Positions 21,153 to 33,682 are shown, counted from the first letter of the stretch. The stretch: DNA of 64,000 nt from Candidatus Magasanikiibacteriota bacterium (GCA_041665405.1 JBAYIZ010000001.1:90618-154617), one strand, 5' to 3'. The notes: generated by a model not told the origin, from the sequence alone. Translations and numbers: made by a program.

Positions 21153-23714
21153 CTACAGTGTTGCCTCACTTAAATCAATATGCGCTGGCATCGGCGTTCC
21201 TAGGGCAGATCGCTCCATTATTTCCGCTTCTACTATCTCACGTGGGCGACCATATTTGAGACGAGAAAGTTCTTTGATTGCTTCAGCTAGTTCTTTGTTG
21301 CCAGGTTTAGGAGGATAGGTAGTCATACTAAATGGTTTGGCGGCGGTGTTGTTGATAAGCAATTTGCAATAGGCGGTATATTGTTCGACATTGACCAAAT
21401 CATAAGCAGAAAAAACTGGAGCAAATTCTTTTTGTAAAATATCAGCATCTTCTACACCAATACGGAAGGACACGATAGTACCCGCGTTACCAAGCACCGC
21501 ATCACGCACTGTGGATTTGCCTTTGTTATCTTCCAACTGTTTCATGTATTGGTGAGCAATAATCAGTTCCAAACGATATTTACGAGCCTCAGAAAGAATC
21601 GTGGCGATAGAATCGGTAATAAAGTTTTGAAACTCATCAATGTATAAATAAAAATCATGGCGTTCTTCTTCTGGAATAGCGGCTCGTTCCAGAGCGGCCA
21701 TCTGTAACTTTGACACGATAATCATACCCAATAAATTGGAGTTGATCTCACCGGTCAAACCTTTGGCCAAATTTACAATTAAAATTTTCTTTTGATCCAT
21801 CACTTCACGGAAACTAAAACCGGAATGACTTTGGCCGATAATATTTCGCACCATGGCATTTTCAGTAAAGCGGCCTACTTTGGAAATCAAATAGCCCAAC
21901 ATTTCTGATTTGTGGAAGTCCGAAGTCTTGGCCATTTCTTTATCCCAGAAAGCCATAACTACCGGATCCTTTAATTTCTTTTTCCATTTGGCGACATACG
22001 TATCGTCGGTAAACATACGAGGCACTTCGGCAATGGTACCAGGATTTTCTAAGTCGGACATCAAGGTCAACATCACGTTGCGCATCTGATGCTCAAACAT
22101 CGGGCCGATCATCGAAGGATCAGTTACCATTTTGTAAAAAATGGAAATCATTTCTTGAGTAGCAAAATCTTTTTGACTTTCGGTTTTTACTTCCAACATA
22201 TTCAGACCAATCGGACGATCAGTGTCGGAAGGATTAAAATAAATAACATCATCAGCACGTTCTTTGGGCACGTGTTGCAAAACATATTCTGCAAAATCAC
22301 CATGCGGATCGACAATACAAACACCTTCGCCGTTTTGCACATCTTGAATAGCCAAATTTTGGATAAAAACAGATTTTCCACCACCGGATTTACCGACAGT
22401 ATATAGATGGCGGCGACGATCGCTACGGGTCATGCGCACGATGGTTTCTTCGCCGCGATAGACAGCTCGGCCCAAAATAATACCTTCTTTTGGCATATTG
22501 ACTGGTGGTGGAGCTTTGCGTGCACCAAGCCAGTTGATGTGAGGTGTTTCAGTATTTGGAATAGGCATGTGCCATAAGCCAGCAAACTCTTCGGTGTTGA
22601 CCACCATATAGTGTTTGGTATCCATCGAACGATAAATCGAATCACGAATCAATTTGTTTTGTTTGCGCGGTACGGCCGCTCCAAATGAGTTTCCGTAACG
22701 ATAAATGTTGTATTGGCTAAAAGAATTCACCATATTTTCCAGGTTGAGTTGAGCTGTTTGTTTGTTGTCGGCAGAACTGATCAAACGCACAGTAATTTCT
22801 AGCCCACCATGTGAAATTTTTTCTTCCATACTCTTTACCATCTCTTCTTCCATCTGAGTGAGGTGATAATCTTGAGTGTGGCTTTGTTTGGCTGGGTCTT
22901 TACTTTTTGGAAATAATGTTTTTTTCCATTTAACCAAAGAACGCATAAAGGCTCCGCGTCTGGCGACATATTCGAATTTTTGTCCTTCACGAATATCGCG
23001 AATCATATGGACACCCTGTTTGCGCCAATGAGAAGTGGCTGGTCTAACAATAAATTGGATTAGGGCGCCATCATTTTGAGACATTTTACTAAGTGGATTT
23101 AAAATAGCTACTAACGGATCACTATCCATTTTTTTGAATGTTTTTAGAGGAAACGCCGACCTGCTCTTCAAATTCAAATAGGCGCCAACTATATGGCTGG
23201 TTGGTTTGAAAATATTATAATCATTTTCTGGAGTAATCTCTGCGTGCGGATATTGAGCATGGATCTGTTGTTCGACAAATTCCTTCCAACGGTCGGGGAC
23301 AGCGACATAAAAAGAAATAGTGCCGTCTTTCACTACTATTTCAAAAGCGATATGATCATTGCGTCCGTATAGCCACTTGGTAAATCCTTTTTCGCCTTTT
23401 AAGCCAGCGATAGAGGAAAACATAGTTTCCGCCGTGGCGATATATTCGCGCGTTTGGTTTATATTTTGTTCTTGGTTTCCCTGATTTTGTGCACCTTCAT
23501 TCTTTTTTTCTTTTGGAACACGGACCAGGATGATAACCTTGTGAAAGGCCTTGCTTTCCAATCCTCTAGCATGCAAAATAGCACGTAATAAAAACAAAAG
23601 TCCGAACAGAATGATTAGCGCTAAAATAAAAAGCATGATAGCCAGAAAAATCGGATTGGCAATCCCATCGGAAATCATTTGAATTATATAATTTAAAAAG
23701 CTAACGGAATCCAT
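21153..23714 (-). CDS. VirD4/TraD/HerA-like ATPase (type IV secretion coupling-protein family)
   Basis: DRRRHLYTVGKSGGGKS, DPHGD, YIDEFQNF, ILSEARKY, AHQY; N-terminal TM. Confidence 0.9.
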   Translation of the reverse strand: MDSVSFLNYIIQMISDGIANPIFLAIMLFILALIILFGLLFLLRAILHARGLESKAFHKVIILVRVPKEKKNEGAQNQGNQEQNINQTREYIATAETMFSSIAGLKGEKGFTKWLYGRNDHIAFEIVVKDGTISFYVAVPDRWKEFVEQQIHAQYPHAEITPENDYNIFKPTSHIVGAYLNLKSRSAFPLKTFKKMDSDPLVAILNPLSKMSQNDGALIQFIVRPATSHWRKQGVHMIRDIREGQKFEYVARRGAFMRSLVKWKKTLFPKSKDPAKQSHTQDYHLTQMEEEMVKSMEEKISHGGLEITVRLISSADNKQTAQLNLENMVNSFSQYNIYRYGNSFGAAVPRKQNKLIRDSIYRSMDTKHYMVVNTEEFAGLWHMPIPNTETPHINWLGARKAPPPVNMPKEGIILGRAVYRGEETIVRMTRSDRRRHLYTVGKSGGGKSVFIQNLAIQDVQNGEGVCIVDPHGDFAEYVLQHVPKERADDVIYFNPSDTDRPIGLNMLEVKTESQKDFATQEMISIFYKMVTDPSMIGPMFEHQMRNVMLTLMSDLENPGTIAEVPRMFTDDTYVAKWKKKLKDPVVMAFWDKEMAKTSDFHKSEMLGYLISKVGRFTENAMVRNIIGQSHSGFSFREVMDQKKILIVNLAKGLTGEINSNLLGMIIVSKLQMAALERAAIPEEERHDFYLYIDEFQNFITDSIATILSEARKYRLELIIAHQYMKQLEDNKGKSTVRDAVLGNAGTIVSFRIGVEDADILQKEFAPVFSAYDLVNVEQYTAYCKLLINNTAAKPFSMTTYPPKPGNKELAEAIKELSRLKYGRPREIVEAEIMERSALGTPMPAHIDLSEATL

Positions 23715-23722
23715 TTTATAAA

Positions 23723-24241
23723 TTATAAAATTTTATTTATATCTTTCCCTTGTTGTTTTTTATGTAGACCAACGATCAAGTCGGTTTTTATTTTGGCTTC
23801 TTGTTCTAGGAAGAATTTATTTATCCCTGGCAAAATCCTTAACCACTCGATAATTAAATAAAATATTTTTTTTACTTTGACGTGAGTAGATCGAAGTAGC
23901 TCTCTAATTTTGGCAGTGGTTTCTTCTCCTTTGATTTTGAATTCTTGTTTTGCGATGGGGGAGAGTTTGGCGAATTCATCACCTAGCCCACTTTCCAATA
24001 TCTGTTCAATCTTAACGGACATCTCATCTTGAACTTGAGGAATAGGCCGAACTACTTTTTTGGCTTTGGCTGGGACAAGTTTATGGGCAAATTTTTCCAA
24101 AGTAGATTTCTTCTCAAGTGTTTTTTCAGTCGTTGTCTTTTCATGTTCTTTACCAACATTAGTCTCTGGAGTGGTACGTCCCGATTCCGAAACGGCCTGC
24201 TCAGCAGGGTCTTTTAGATTGTCTAGGTTTTTATCTATCAT
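23723..24241 (-). CDS. Conserved hypothetical protein
   Basis: 172-aa ORF co-oriented and tightly spaced with the ATPase; LPGINKFFLEQEAKIKTD motif. Confidence 0.75.
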   Translation of the reverse strand: MIDKNLDNLKDPAEQAVSESGRTTPETNVGKEHEKTTTEKTLEKKSTLEKFAHKLVPAKAKKVVRPIPQVQDEMSVKIEQILESGLGDEFAKLSPIAKQEFKIKGEETTAKIRELLRSTHVKVKKIFYLIIEWLRILPGINKFFLEQEAKIKTDLIVGLHKKQQGKDINKIL

Positions 24242-24350
24242 AATGGTAACTATTATAGCACTAATTTATCCAAAATAAAAGTCAATTTGATTTACTTGTG
24301 GATGGATGGTATTTTGAGCGATTTTGAATTTTGTGGTATAATAGATTCAT

Positions 24351-25283
24351 ATGAAAATAAAAAATATCTTTGAGGTAGAAAACCAAGGGCGATTATGGGT
24401 CAATGTGACTCATCAAGGAGAAAAAGAATTGCATGAGATTCAAAAGCGGTTTGGTTTTGACGAGTCTGATGTCAAAGAAAGTTTGCCACCATTTCAGAGA
24501 CCAAAAATAGTGAAAAGAGAACACTATTATTTTATGGTCTTGCATTTTCCTGTGTTTGATCGCGAGACATTTAGGTTGGGCTTTACAGAAGTAGATTTCT
24601 TTTTGAGTCAAAATGTTTTAGTTACGGTTCACGACAACAAGTTGCCGGCAATCGAGGCGATGTTCAATGAGTGTAAAAAGAATCAATCCAATCTTACCGA
24701 ATATTTCTCAGGTACGGCTGTTCATGTTTTGTTTGAATTGTTGAGCCGGTTGTTTGACGGCACATTTCCGATTTTATTGCATGTCAACGATGATATCAAT
24801 TTGGTGGATAGGAAATTATTTACCAAGACGTCTGGTAGGCATATAACAGAGGAAATTTTGCGTCTTAAAACTAATATTGTGACCTTCCGTCGTACTATGC
24901 AAGGGCATCGTACAGTATTGGAGAGGCTGTTGTCATATGCCGGACGTGAGCTAGATTTGGGTTCATACCAATCGTACATAAACTCCTTACGTGAGTTTAC
25001 CAATGAGATTTGGCATATACTGGAAAGCCAAAAAGAGAGTATCAACGCTCTTCACGAAACTAATGAGTCTCTGTTGACTTTGCGTACCAACAACGTGATG
25101 AGAGTGCTCACTATTATTTCGGTAACTACTTTTCCACTTACCCTATTGGCCACTATTTTTGCTATTCCTACATTAGGTAATCCAATTACCAATTTGATAG
25201 GTGGCTTTTGGGTGGTTTTAATTTTAATGTTATTCGGAGCGGTGGGGATGTTTACAATTTTCAAAAAGAAGGATTGGGTTTAA
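24351..25283 (+). CDS. corA: CorA-family divalent cation transporter
   Basis: QRPKI, YFMVLHFP, TNNVMRVLTIIS, two C-terminal TMs ending FKKKDWV; GMN signature missing. Confidence 0.85.
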   Translation: MKIKNIFEVENQGRLWVNVTHQGEKELHEIQKRFGFDESDVKESLPPFQRPKIVKREHYYFMVLHFPVFDRETFRLGFTEVDFFLSQNVLVTVHDNKLPAIEAMFNECKKNQSNLTEYFSGTAVHVLFELLSRLFDGTFPILLHVNDDINLVDRKLFTKTSGRHITEEILRLKTNIVTFRRTMQGHRTVLERLLSYAGRELDLGSYQSYINSLREFTNEIWHILESQKESINALHETNESLLTLRTNNVMRVLTIISVTTFPLTLLATIFAIPTLGNPITNLIGGFWVVLILMLFGAVGMFTIFKKKDWV

Positions 25284-25323
25284 TTAATAATTTGGTTTAA
25301 AATAAAATTAAAATGACTTTTTA

Positions 25324-25372
25324 TTGACAAGGAGTCATTTTTGTGTTATTGTTATCAGTTGTTCTTTAAAAA
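25324..25372 (+). promoter_or_regulatory. Sigma70 promoter plus boxA-like motif for GC-rich gene
   Basis: TTGACA-17-TATTGT with extended TG, then GTTCTTTAAAAA. Confidence 0.75.
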
Positions 25373-25510
25373 TCAAAAGACCAACGGTGTGTTATTTTGT
25401 GCTTATTTGAGCCCAGAATAGCACACCGTTTCGTAAATCGGTGCGGCCGCCCTAAATCGCTTGGCCAGTTGGTTGAGTTGATAAAAGGGCAAACATGTCA
25501 GGAGTAAATC

Positions 25511-26563
25511 ATGAGGAAGATTTTGTTCGTCCTGGTGGTCGCGGTTCTGGGTGCTTGCTCGCAGGAGCCCTGTACCAGCTCGGAAGAGTGGTGCACCGGT
25601 GTCGATACGTCGTCCGATTCGGACGTGTCGTCCGACGCGCAGACCGACTCGGGCATCAAGAAGCAGGAGTGCCTCGTGGCGACCGACTGCGATGACGGCA
25701 ACGCGTGCACTTTCGACTACTGCGACGGCGGCAACCCATGCACCTTCGAATATTGCAACCCCCGCGTCTGTCGGCACATTGCCATCGAGGGGGCGATTTG
25801 TGACGACGTCATCGCCGACGCCGACACCACCGCCGACGTCATCGCCGACACCGCCGCCGACACCGCCGACGTCGGCCCGGCACTCGAATGTGCCAAGGCC
25901 ATCGACTGCGACGACAAGAATCCGTGCACATTCAGTTTCTGCGACGCTGGCGTCTGCACACACATGGCCACCACGGACACGTGCGACGACGGCGATGTTT
26001 GCACGGTGAATGATGTTTGCTCGGCTGGGAAGTGCGTCTCTGGCGCTCCGGTCGTATGCGACGACAAGAATCCGTGCACCACCGACTCGTGCGACGCGGC
26101 CAAGGGTTGCGTGTACGCGGCTCCGGTCGTATGCGACGACGACAACGCTTGCACGACCGACGGTTGTGCGGCTGGCGCCTGCACCCACGTCGCCGTCGAC
26201 TGTAACGACGACAAGGTCTGCACCGCCGACTCGTGCGACCCGGCCAAGGGTTGTGCTCACAAGAACCTTGACAGTATCTGCAACGACGGTGACGCCTGCA
26301 CGATCGATAAGTGCGTCAACGACAAGTGCGTATGGTGGCCAAACCCTTGTGACGACGACAACGTCTGCACCGACGATTCGTGCGACGCGGTCAAGGGTTG
26401 CCAGAACAAGTCAACGATGGCGCCATGCGACGACGGAGACGTCTGCACGACGGGCGACACCTGCGGCAGTGACATGTATCAGCAGTGTGACGGAACTCCC
26501 ATCCTCTGCGATGGAGAACAGGCCAACGAGGAGAACTGCCACCCCGAGTTTGGCTGCTTCTAA
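25511..26563 (+). CDS. GC-rich cysteine-rich repeat lipoprotein
   Basis: AGGAG SD; lipobox LGAC; many CDDxNxCTxDxC repeats (Dictyostelium/myxobacterial-type). Confidence 0.88.
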   Translation: MRKILFVLVVAVLGACSQEPCTSSEEWCTGVDTSSDSDVSSDAQTDSGIKKQECLVATDCDDGNACTFDYCDGGNPCTFEYCNPRVCRHIAIEGAICDDVIADADTTADVIADTAADTADVGPALECAKAIDCDDKNPCTFSFCDAGVCTHMATTDTCDDGDVCTVNDVCSAGKCVSGAPVVCDDKNPCTTDSCDAAKGCVYAAPVVCDDDNACTTDGCAAGACTHVAVDCNDDKVCTADSCDPAKGCAHKNLDSICNDGDACTIDKCVNDKCVWWPNPCDDDNVCTDDSCDAVKGCQNKSTMAPCDDGDVCTTGDTCGSDMYQQCDGTPILCDGEQANEENCHPEFGCF

Positions 26564-26666
26564 GCCAACAACCTCCACACCAACCGAGGTAAGACAGTCG
26601 CAAGATCGTCCCAACTCGTTTTCATCATAAAAATTGTGGTGAGAACGAGGACGATCTTGTCTAAAT

Positions 26667-26702
26667 AAAAAATTCCGATTTATGTCGGAATTTTTTTGTT
26701 TT
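26667..26702. terminator. Bidirectional intrinsic terminator
   Basis: AAAAAATTCCGA-TTTATG-TCGGAATTTTTT. Confidence 0.8.
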
Positions 26703-28112
26703 TTATATATTACTTACTTTCGTTCCATCTTTATTATCCTTAACTTTATATCCCAATTTTTCCAATTGTCGACGCAACTCATCGCTCTTGCCCCAGTCTT
26801 TCTTGTGGCGCGCTTGGTCGCGTTCGGCTATTAGAATAGAAATTTCTTCTGGCAACGGCTCTTCCTTTTTTTCAAGCGCTTCTTTTATTTGCAAACCAAA
26901 AATTTTATCAAACTCGAATAAAGTTTCATGAGTAATTTTTTCACTCTTTACCGCTTCCCAAATAAGACCAAGTGCGGAAGGAATATTGAGGTCGTCACTA
27001 ATAAATTCATTAAACTTATTTATTATTTCCTTTTCTTCTTTTTGTTGTAGGGATTCCTCCACTTTGCTTCGCTTCGGTCGGAATGACACTGCAGAAAGTT
27101 TTTTTGCGGCGTTATATAAGTGTGTCAAACCAGCTTGAGCACCACGCAGAGCTTCCCAAGAAAAAGTGAGTTGTTTGCGGTAATGAGTCTGCAACAATAA
27201 ATATCGATAGGCGAGTGGACTGATTTCCTTTTCACGTAATGTTTGTAGAGTAACAAAATTATCTCCAGATTTGGCCATTTTATCACTACCCATCAATAGA
27301 AATTCACCATGCATCCAAAAATTGGCCAATGGTTCACCGTTGGCCGCTTCGCTCTGAGCGATTTCATTGGTGTGATGTACTGGTATGTGGTCTACTCCGC
27401 CACAGTGGATATCGAAAGGTTGCCCCAAATATTTTGTAGCCATCGCGCTACATTCAATATGCCAACCAGGAAAGCCGACACCCCACGGACTTTTCCACTC
27501 CATTTGTCGTTTTTGGAGTTTGGGAGAAAATTTCCATAATGCGAAATCAGTAGTATTTTTTTTGTCGCCTACATCTACTCGTACGCCAGCACGTAATTCC
27601 TGGTTTTGTAAATTGGCCAATTTGCCGTAGTCTTTTAATTTGCTAGTATCAAAATATATACCATCAGAGGTAGCATATGTGAAATCATTTTTTTCAAGTT
27701 TTTTTATTAATTTTATTTGTTCCTTGATATGATCGGTAGCACGACACCACAAAGTTGGTTCTAAAACATTGAGCTGTTCCAAATCCAAACGAAATGCATG
27801 AGTATAAAATTCAGCCAATTCCCAAGCAGTTTTTCCTTCACGTGCCGACCCTTTTTCCATTTTGTCTTCACCGGCATCGGCGTCATCAGTCAAATGACCA
27901 ACGTCTGTAATATTCATTACATGTTTTACTTTATAATCATTATATTGCAAAACTCGTTTCAAAATATCCTCAAATACATAAGTGCGCAAATTTCCAATGT
28001 GAGCATAATTGTAAACAGTAGGACCACAAGTATATAGCCCCACCCTCATTTTTTTAATAGATTTAAATTCGTCTAGTCGTCTCGTAAGGGTATTGTACAA
28101 ATAAATAGGCAT
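26703..28112 (-). CDS. cysS: Cysteine--tRNA ligase
   Basis: [25 protein letters not shown]. Confidence 0.97.
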   Translation of the reverse strand: MPIYLYNTLTRRLDEFKSIKKMRVGLYTCGPTVYNYAHIGNLRTYVFEDILKRVLQYNDYKVKHVMNITDVGHLTDDADAGEDKMEKGSAREGKTAWELAEFYTHAFRLDLEQLNVLEPTLWCRATDHIKEQIKLIKKLEKNDFTYATSDGIYFDTSKLKDYGKLANLQNQELRAGVRVDVGDKKNTTDFALWKFSPKLQKRQMEWKSPWGVGFPGWHIECSAMATKYLGQPFDIHCGGVDHIPVHHTNEIAQSEAANGEPLANFWMHGEFLLMGSDKMAKSGDNFVTLQTLREKEISPLAYRYLLLQTHYRKQLTFSWEALRGAQAGLTHLYNAAKKLSAVSFRPKRSKVEESLQQKEEKEIINKFNEFISDDLNIPSALGLIWEAVKSEKITHETLFEFDKIFGLQIKEALEKKEEPLPEEISILIAERDQARHKKDWGKSDELRRQLEKLGYKVKDNKDGTKVSNI

Positions 28113-28255
28113 AAAAATAATATTTTATTCAATTAAGATAATAAATTTTTAACATTGAACAAGTGAGGATATAGTCTATATTTTATCCTATTTATCCACA
28201 GTTTTCAATAGGCGTATATCAGTAATTGCTTTTTTTTGCTATAATTATTATATAA

Positions 28256-29401
28256 ATGCTAAAAATTATGTCATTCTTCAAACCTAAATCTTATCTGGGG
28301 ATAGATTTGGGTGCTGGTGGTGTTAAAATTGTTGAGCTAAAACTAGAAAAGAAAAGACCAATGTTGTATACATATGGCCTGACTTCACAGATGCAAGATG
28401 TACACCGCTTGTTTGATGTGTCTGCGAACACCAATGTTTCGTTGTTGCCAGAGGATCAAAAAAAGAAAAGTGCAGAATCGCGAATTGATCCAGAACAGGT
28501 CAAAAAATACGCAAATTTAGTTAAGGCTGTTTGTGTTGGGGCTAGAACTACTGCCACATCTGCGACTGTTAGTTTGCCAGTATCCGTAGTTTTTCACGCT
28601 GTCATAAATTTACCATTATTGAAAAAAGAAGAACTAGACAGAGTGCTACGTGCAGAAGTAAAAAAACTTTTGCCTCGTCCGATTGACGAAATGGTACTGG
28701 ATTATCAGATGATAAAAAATGCCCCTGGATCCAAAACTCAGAGGGTATTGGTAAACGCTGTTCCAAAAGAATTAGTAATTTTTTATACACAAGTTTTCAA
28801 ATTAGCGGGTATTGAATTGGAATCTCTGGAGCCAGAGTCTATCGCTATTGAGCGATCATTGGTGGGACGTGATCAGAGCGTTTCGATGATTATAGATATC
28901 GGAGCAGAACGAACCAATTTCTACATTATTGATCAAGGTTATGCTATTACTCATCACAGTACTGAAATTGGTGGTGGTAGAATAAACAAAATTCTTTCCC
29001 ATACACTTGGTGTCAAAGATGATTTGGTCGAACAATTAAAATATGATTATTTTGGTAGTTTGTTGAAAAAAAATAATCACAGCCAAATGACCAAAGATAA
29101 GTTTTATGGATTATTTTCTACAATCATTGATCCGATAGTAAAGGAGATTGAATATAGTTTCGATATATATTTAAAACAAACAGGCAATGAGAACAAACGA
29201 CCAGAAAAAGTGATATTAACTGGCGGTGGCAGTTCTTTACCATATCTAGCTGAATTCATTTCAGAAAAGTTTAACATCAAATGTTATGTGGGAGACCCGT
29301 GGGGTCGGGTGGTTTATCAGGAAGGCTTGAAGCCGGCGCTGGCAAAGATTGGTCCACGTATGTCGGTGGCGGTTGGGCTGGCATTGCGAAAATTAGTGTG
29401 A
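28256..29401 (+). CDS. pilM: Type IV pilus assembly protein PilM
   Basis: LGIDLG, IIDIGAERT, LTGGGS, VAVGLALR actin-like fold motifs. Confidence 0.92.
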   Translation: MLKIMSFFKPKSYLGIDLGAGGVKIVELKLEKKRPMLYTYGLTSQMQDVHRLFDVSANTNVSLLPEDQKKKSAESRIDPEQVKKYANLVKAVCVGARTTATSATVSLPVSVVFHAVINLPLLKKEELDRVLRAEVKKLLPRPIDEMVLDYQMIKNAPGSKTQRVLVNAVPKELVIFYTQVFKLAGIELESLEPESIAIERSLVGRDQSVSMIIDIGAERTNFYIIDQGYAITHHSTEIGGGRINKILSHTLGVKDDLVEQLKYDYFGSLLKKNNHSQMTKDKFYGLFSTIIDPIVKEIEYSFDIYLKQTGNENKRPEKVILTGGGSSLPYLAEFISEKFNIKCYVGDPWGRVVYQEGLKPALAKIGPRMSVAVGLALRKLV

Positions 29402-29436
29402 TACAATAAATACAAGTTAAATAACTGTTTTCTAAT

Positions 29437-29814
29437 ATGGCAGAAAAAATTCATGTGTTACTGGTAGAGGACGATGTTTTCCTCGCTGGCATTTATCAGA
29501 AAAAGTTTGAAATGGAGGGGTACAAGGTAACACTAGCCGACAATGGTGAAAAGGCCTTGGTTGAAGTTAAAAAGAAAAAACCAGATATTGTAATGCTGGA
29601 TATTTTATTACCAAAGCTTGATGGTTTTGCAGTATTGTCCAAAATGAAGGCCGGTCCAGACACCCAAAATATCCCGGTAATTTTATTGACCAATCTAGGT
29701 CAAAAAGATGATGTGGAAAAAGGGTTGCAAATGGGAGCGGCAGATTATTTGATAAAAGCTCATTTCAAACCATCGGAAGTTGTGGACAAGATTAAAAAGG
29801 TATTACACCTTTGA
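29437..29814 (+). CDS. Single-domain response regulator (receiver)
   Basis: LLVEDD, DIVMLDILLPKLDG, LLTN, YLIK. Confidence 0.92.
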   Translation: MAEKIHVLLVEDDVFLAGIYQKKFEMEGYKVTLADNGEKALVEVKKKKPDIVMLDILLPKLDGFAVLSKMKAGPDTQNIPVILLTNLGQKDDVEKGLQMGAADYLIKAHFKPSEVVDKIKKVLHL

Positions 29815-29888
29815 TTGTTCTGTGCTATAATTATATTAATATAAAGATTTGTTATGAAAACAATTCTATATGAAAAGGGGGTGAATTT

Positions 29889-30308
29889 ATGAATAAGAAA
29901 GGTTTTACATTGATTGAATTGCTTATCGTGATTGCTATCATCGGTTTGTTATCTACTCTAGCAGTAGTAGCGTTAGGTTCCGCTCGTGTTAAAGCGCGCG
30001 ACTCAAAACGTCTAGCCGATTTGAAACAATTACAAACAGCTCTTGAATTATACTACACTGATCAGAATGCATATCCAGTTGGCGCCGCTGTCACTTTAGG
30101 TGATGACACCCACGCTTGTTTGAATTCTGCTGGTTTTGCAGCTGCTGGTTGTGCTTCCCCATACATGGGTCAAGTTCCAGTAGATCCTCAATCTGGTACC
30201 TATACGTATAATGCTGCTTCTAGTAGTTATACTATCGATGCCACTTTGGAAGGTACAGTTAGTGGTCTTAACGGTGCTATACAATTGAGCCCGGCTGGTA
30301 TCAAATAA
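29889..30308 (+). CDS. Type IV pilin
   Basis: [19 protein letters not shown] prepilin motif; AAAGGGGGTGA SD upstream. Confidence 0.93.
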   Translation: MNKKGFTLIELLIVIAIIGLLSTLAVVALGSARVKARDSKRLADLKQLQTALELYYTDQNAYPVGAAVTLGDDTHACLNSAGFAAAGCASPYMGQVPVDPQSGTYTYNAASSSYTIDATLEGTVSGLNGAIQLSPAGIK

Positions 30309-30387
30309 CTCGTTTTTTTAAACTAGCCCTCCTAGATTTTAGGAGGGTTTTGTTTTTTATATGATTGTGATATAATCTAGTATATAT

Positions 30388-31194
30388 ATGTTAGATTTAG
30401 GAAGTTATATCGTCCTGGTGGGCGGAATAGTTTATTTTTTTGTTTTTGTGCTAGGTTTGATTCTGGGCAGTTTTTTGAATTCCTGGATGTGGCGGGTGCG
30501 TGATAATATCAGGATTTTGTCCAATAGTCGTAGTATGTGTCCCAACTGCCATTATCAACTGCGTTGGTATGAAAATATTCCATTGATTAGCTGGTTGGTG
30601 TTGCGGGCTCACTGTAGTAATTGCAAAAAACCAATTCATTGGTCGTATTTTGTGGTGGAATTGGCGACTGGTTTTTTGATGATGTATGTAGTCGGACAAC
30701 ATGTAAAGTTGGTACATTTTAGTGAATGGGTGCTGTTAAGAGATGTTTGTTTTTTAACTTTTCTGATAATCATCTTCATGTATGATTTGCGCTACAAAAT
30801 TATTTTGTCTCGCGTAATATGGGCCGGTACAATTATTGGTTTTTTAATTAATATTTTAATTTTGAATTTTTCTGCTTCCTCATTGCTGTTAGGTATGTTA
30901 ATTGGTGGAGGGTTTTTTCTAATTCAATATATTGTTTCTAGTGGTAGATGGATCGGTGGCGGAGATATCCGAATGGGGGTAATGATGGGTGCGTGGTTGG
31001 GATGGCAGAATACTATTTTGGCATTATTTGTTGCCTATATTTTGGGAGCGATAGTTGGGATTGGTTTGATGTTGATAAAAAAAGCTGACGGTAAAACAGA
31101 GCTCCCATTTGGTATGTTTTTGGCAGTAGCGACTTTTATAACTTTATATTACGGTGATAGTTTGATTGGTTGGTATTTACAGTTTTTGAGATAG
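30388..31194 (+). CDS. pilD: Prepilin peptidase
   Basis: GSFLN, RSMCPNC, ENIPLISW, GGGDI, LPFG. Confidence 0.93.
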   Translation: MLDLGSYIVLVGGIVYFFVFVLGLILGSFLNSWMWRVRDNIRILSNSRSMCPNCHYQLRWYENIPLISWLVLRAHCSNCKKPIHWSYFVVELATGFLMMYVVGQHVKLVHFSEWVLLRDVCFLTFLIIIFMYDLRYKIILSRVIWAGTIIGFLINILILNFSASSLLLGMLIGGGFFLIQYIVSSGRWIGGGDIRMGVMMGAWLGWQNTILALFVAYILGAIVGIGLMLIKKADGKTELPFGMFLAVATFITLYYGDSLIGWYLQFLR

Positions 31195-31202
31195 GGTTTT
31201 GA

Positions 31203-33245
<2,043 letters not shown>

Positions 33246-33283
33246 TTTAAAATAGTATCATTAACTTATTAATGTAAAATCGT

Positions 33284-33682
33284 ATGGTGGATTTCCCAAA
33301 ATTTTTATCTGACTCTGTACCTGGAATAGGGGATGCTAGAGCGAAAAGAGATTTAAAATTAGAACATAACGCCGGATTAGATGCAGATAAAACAGCTCTT
33401 GATGCAGAAATTACATCTAGATTTGATATTAAGGGGTGGGAAGGTATGGACATAAAAGAGAAGAGAGAAAATTTACAAAATCTGTTTAATGATGTAAAGA
33501 AACATGTAGAAGGAATAACTCACGAAAAGTTTAGCCATGATGATTGGTATCCAGATATTTCAAAAATGGACGAAGAAAACCTGCGTCTTACTTTTGAAAA
33601 TTTGAAATCGAGAGTTAAACATGCTGGCGATAGTCACTCAATGACGGTTAAAAAGGCTCGTATTGATGATTTAAAAGTTTAA
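33284..33682 (+). CDS. Hypothetical protein
   Basis: 132-aa ORF with host-like composition filling the intergenic gap. Confidence 0.6.
   Translation: MVDFPKFLSDSVPGIGDARAKRDLKLEHNAGLDADKTALDAEITSRFDIKGWEGMDIKEKRENLQNLFNDVKKHVEGITHEKFSHDDWYPDISKMDEENLRLTFENLKSRVKHAGDSHSMTVKKARIDDLKV

Noticed and set aside
25324-26702. GC-rich islands as assembly contamination
   Set aside because: They are bounded by host-like AT-rich promoters and terminators, respect gene boundaries and repeat the same layout five times; read mapping is still needed to exclude this formally.
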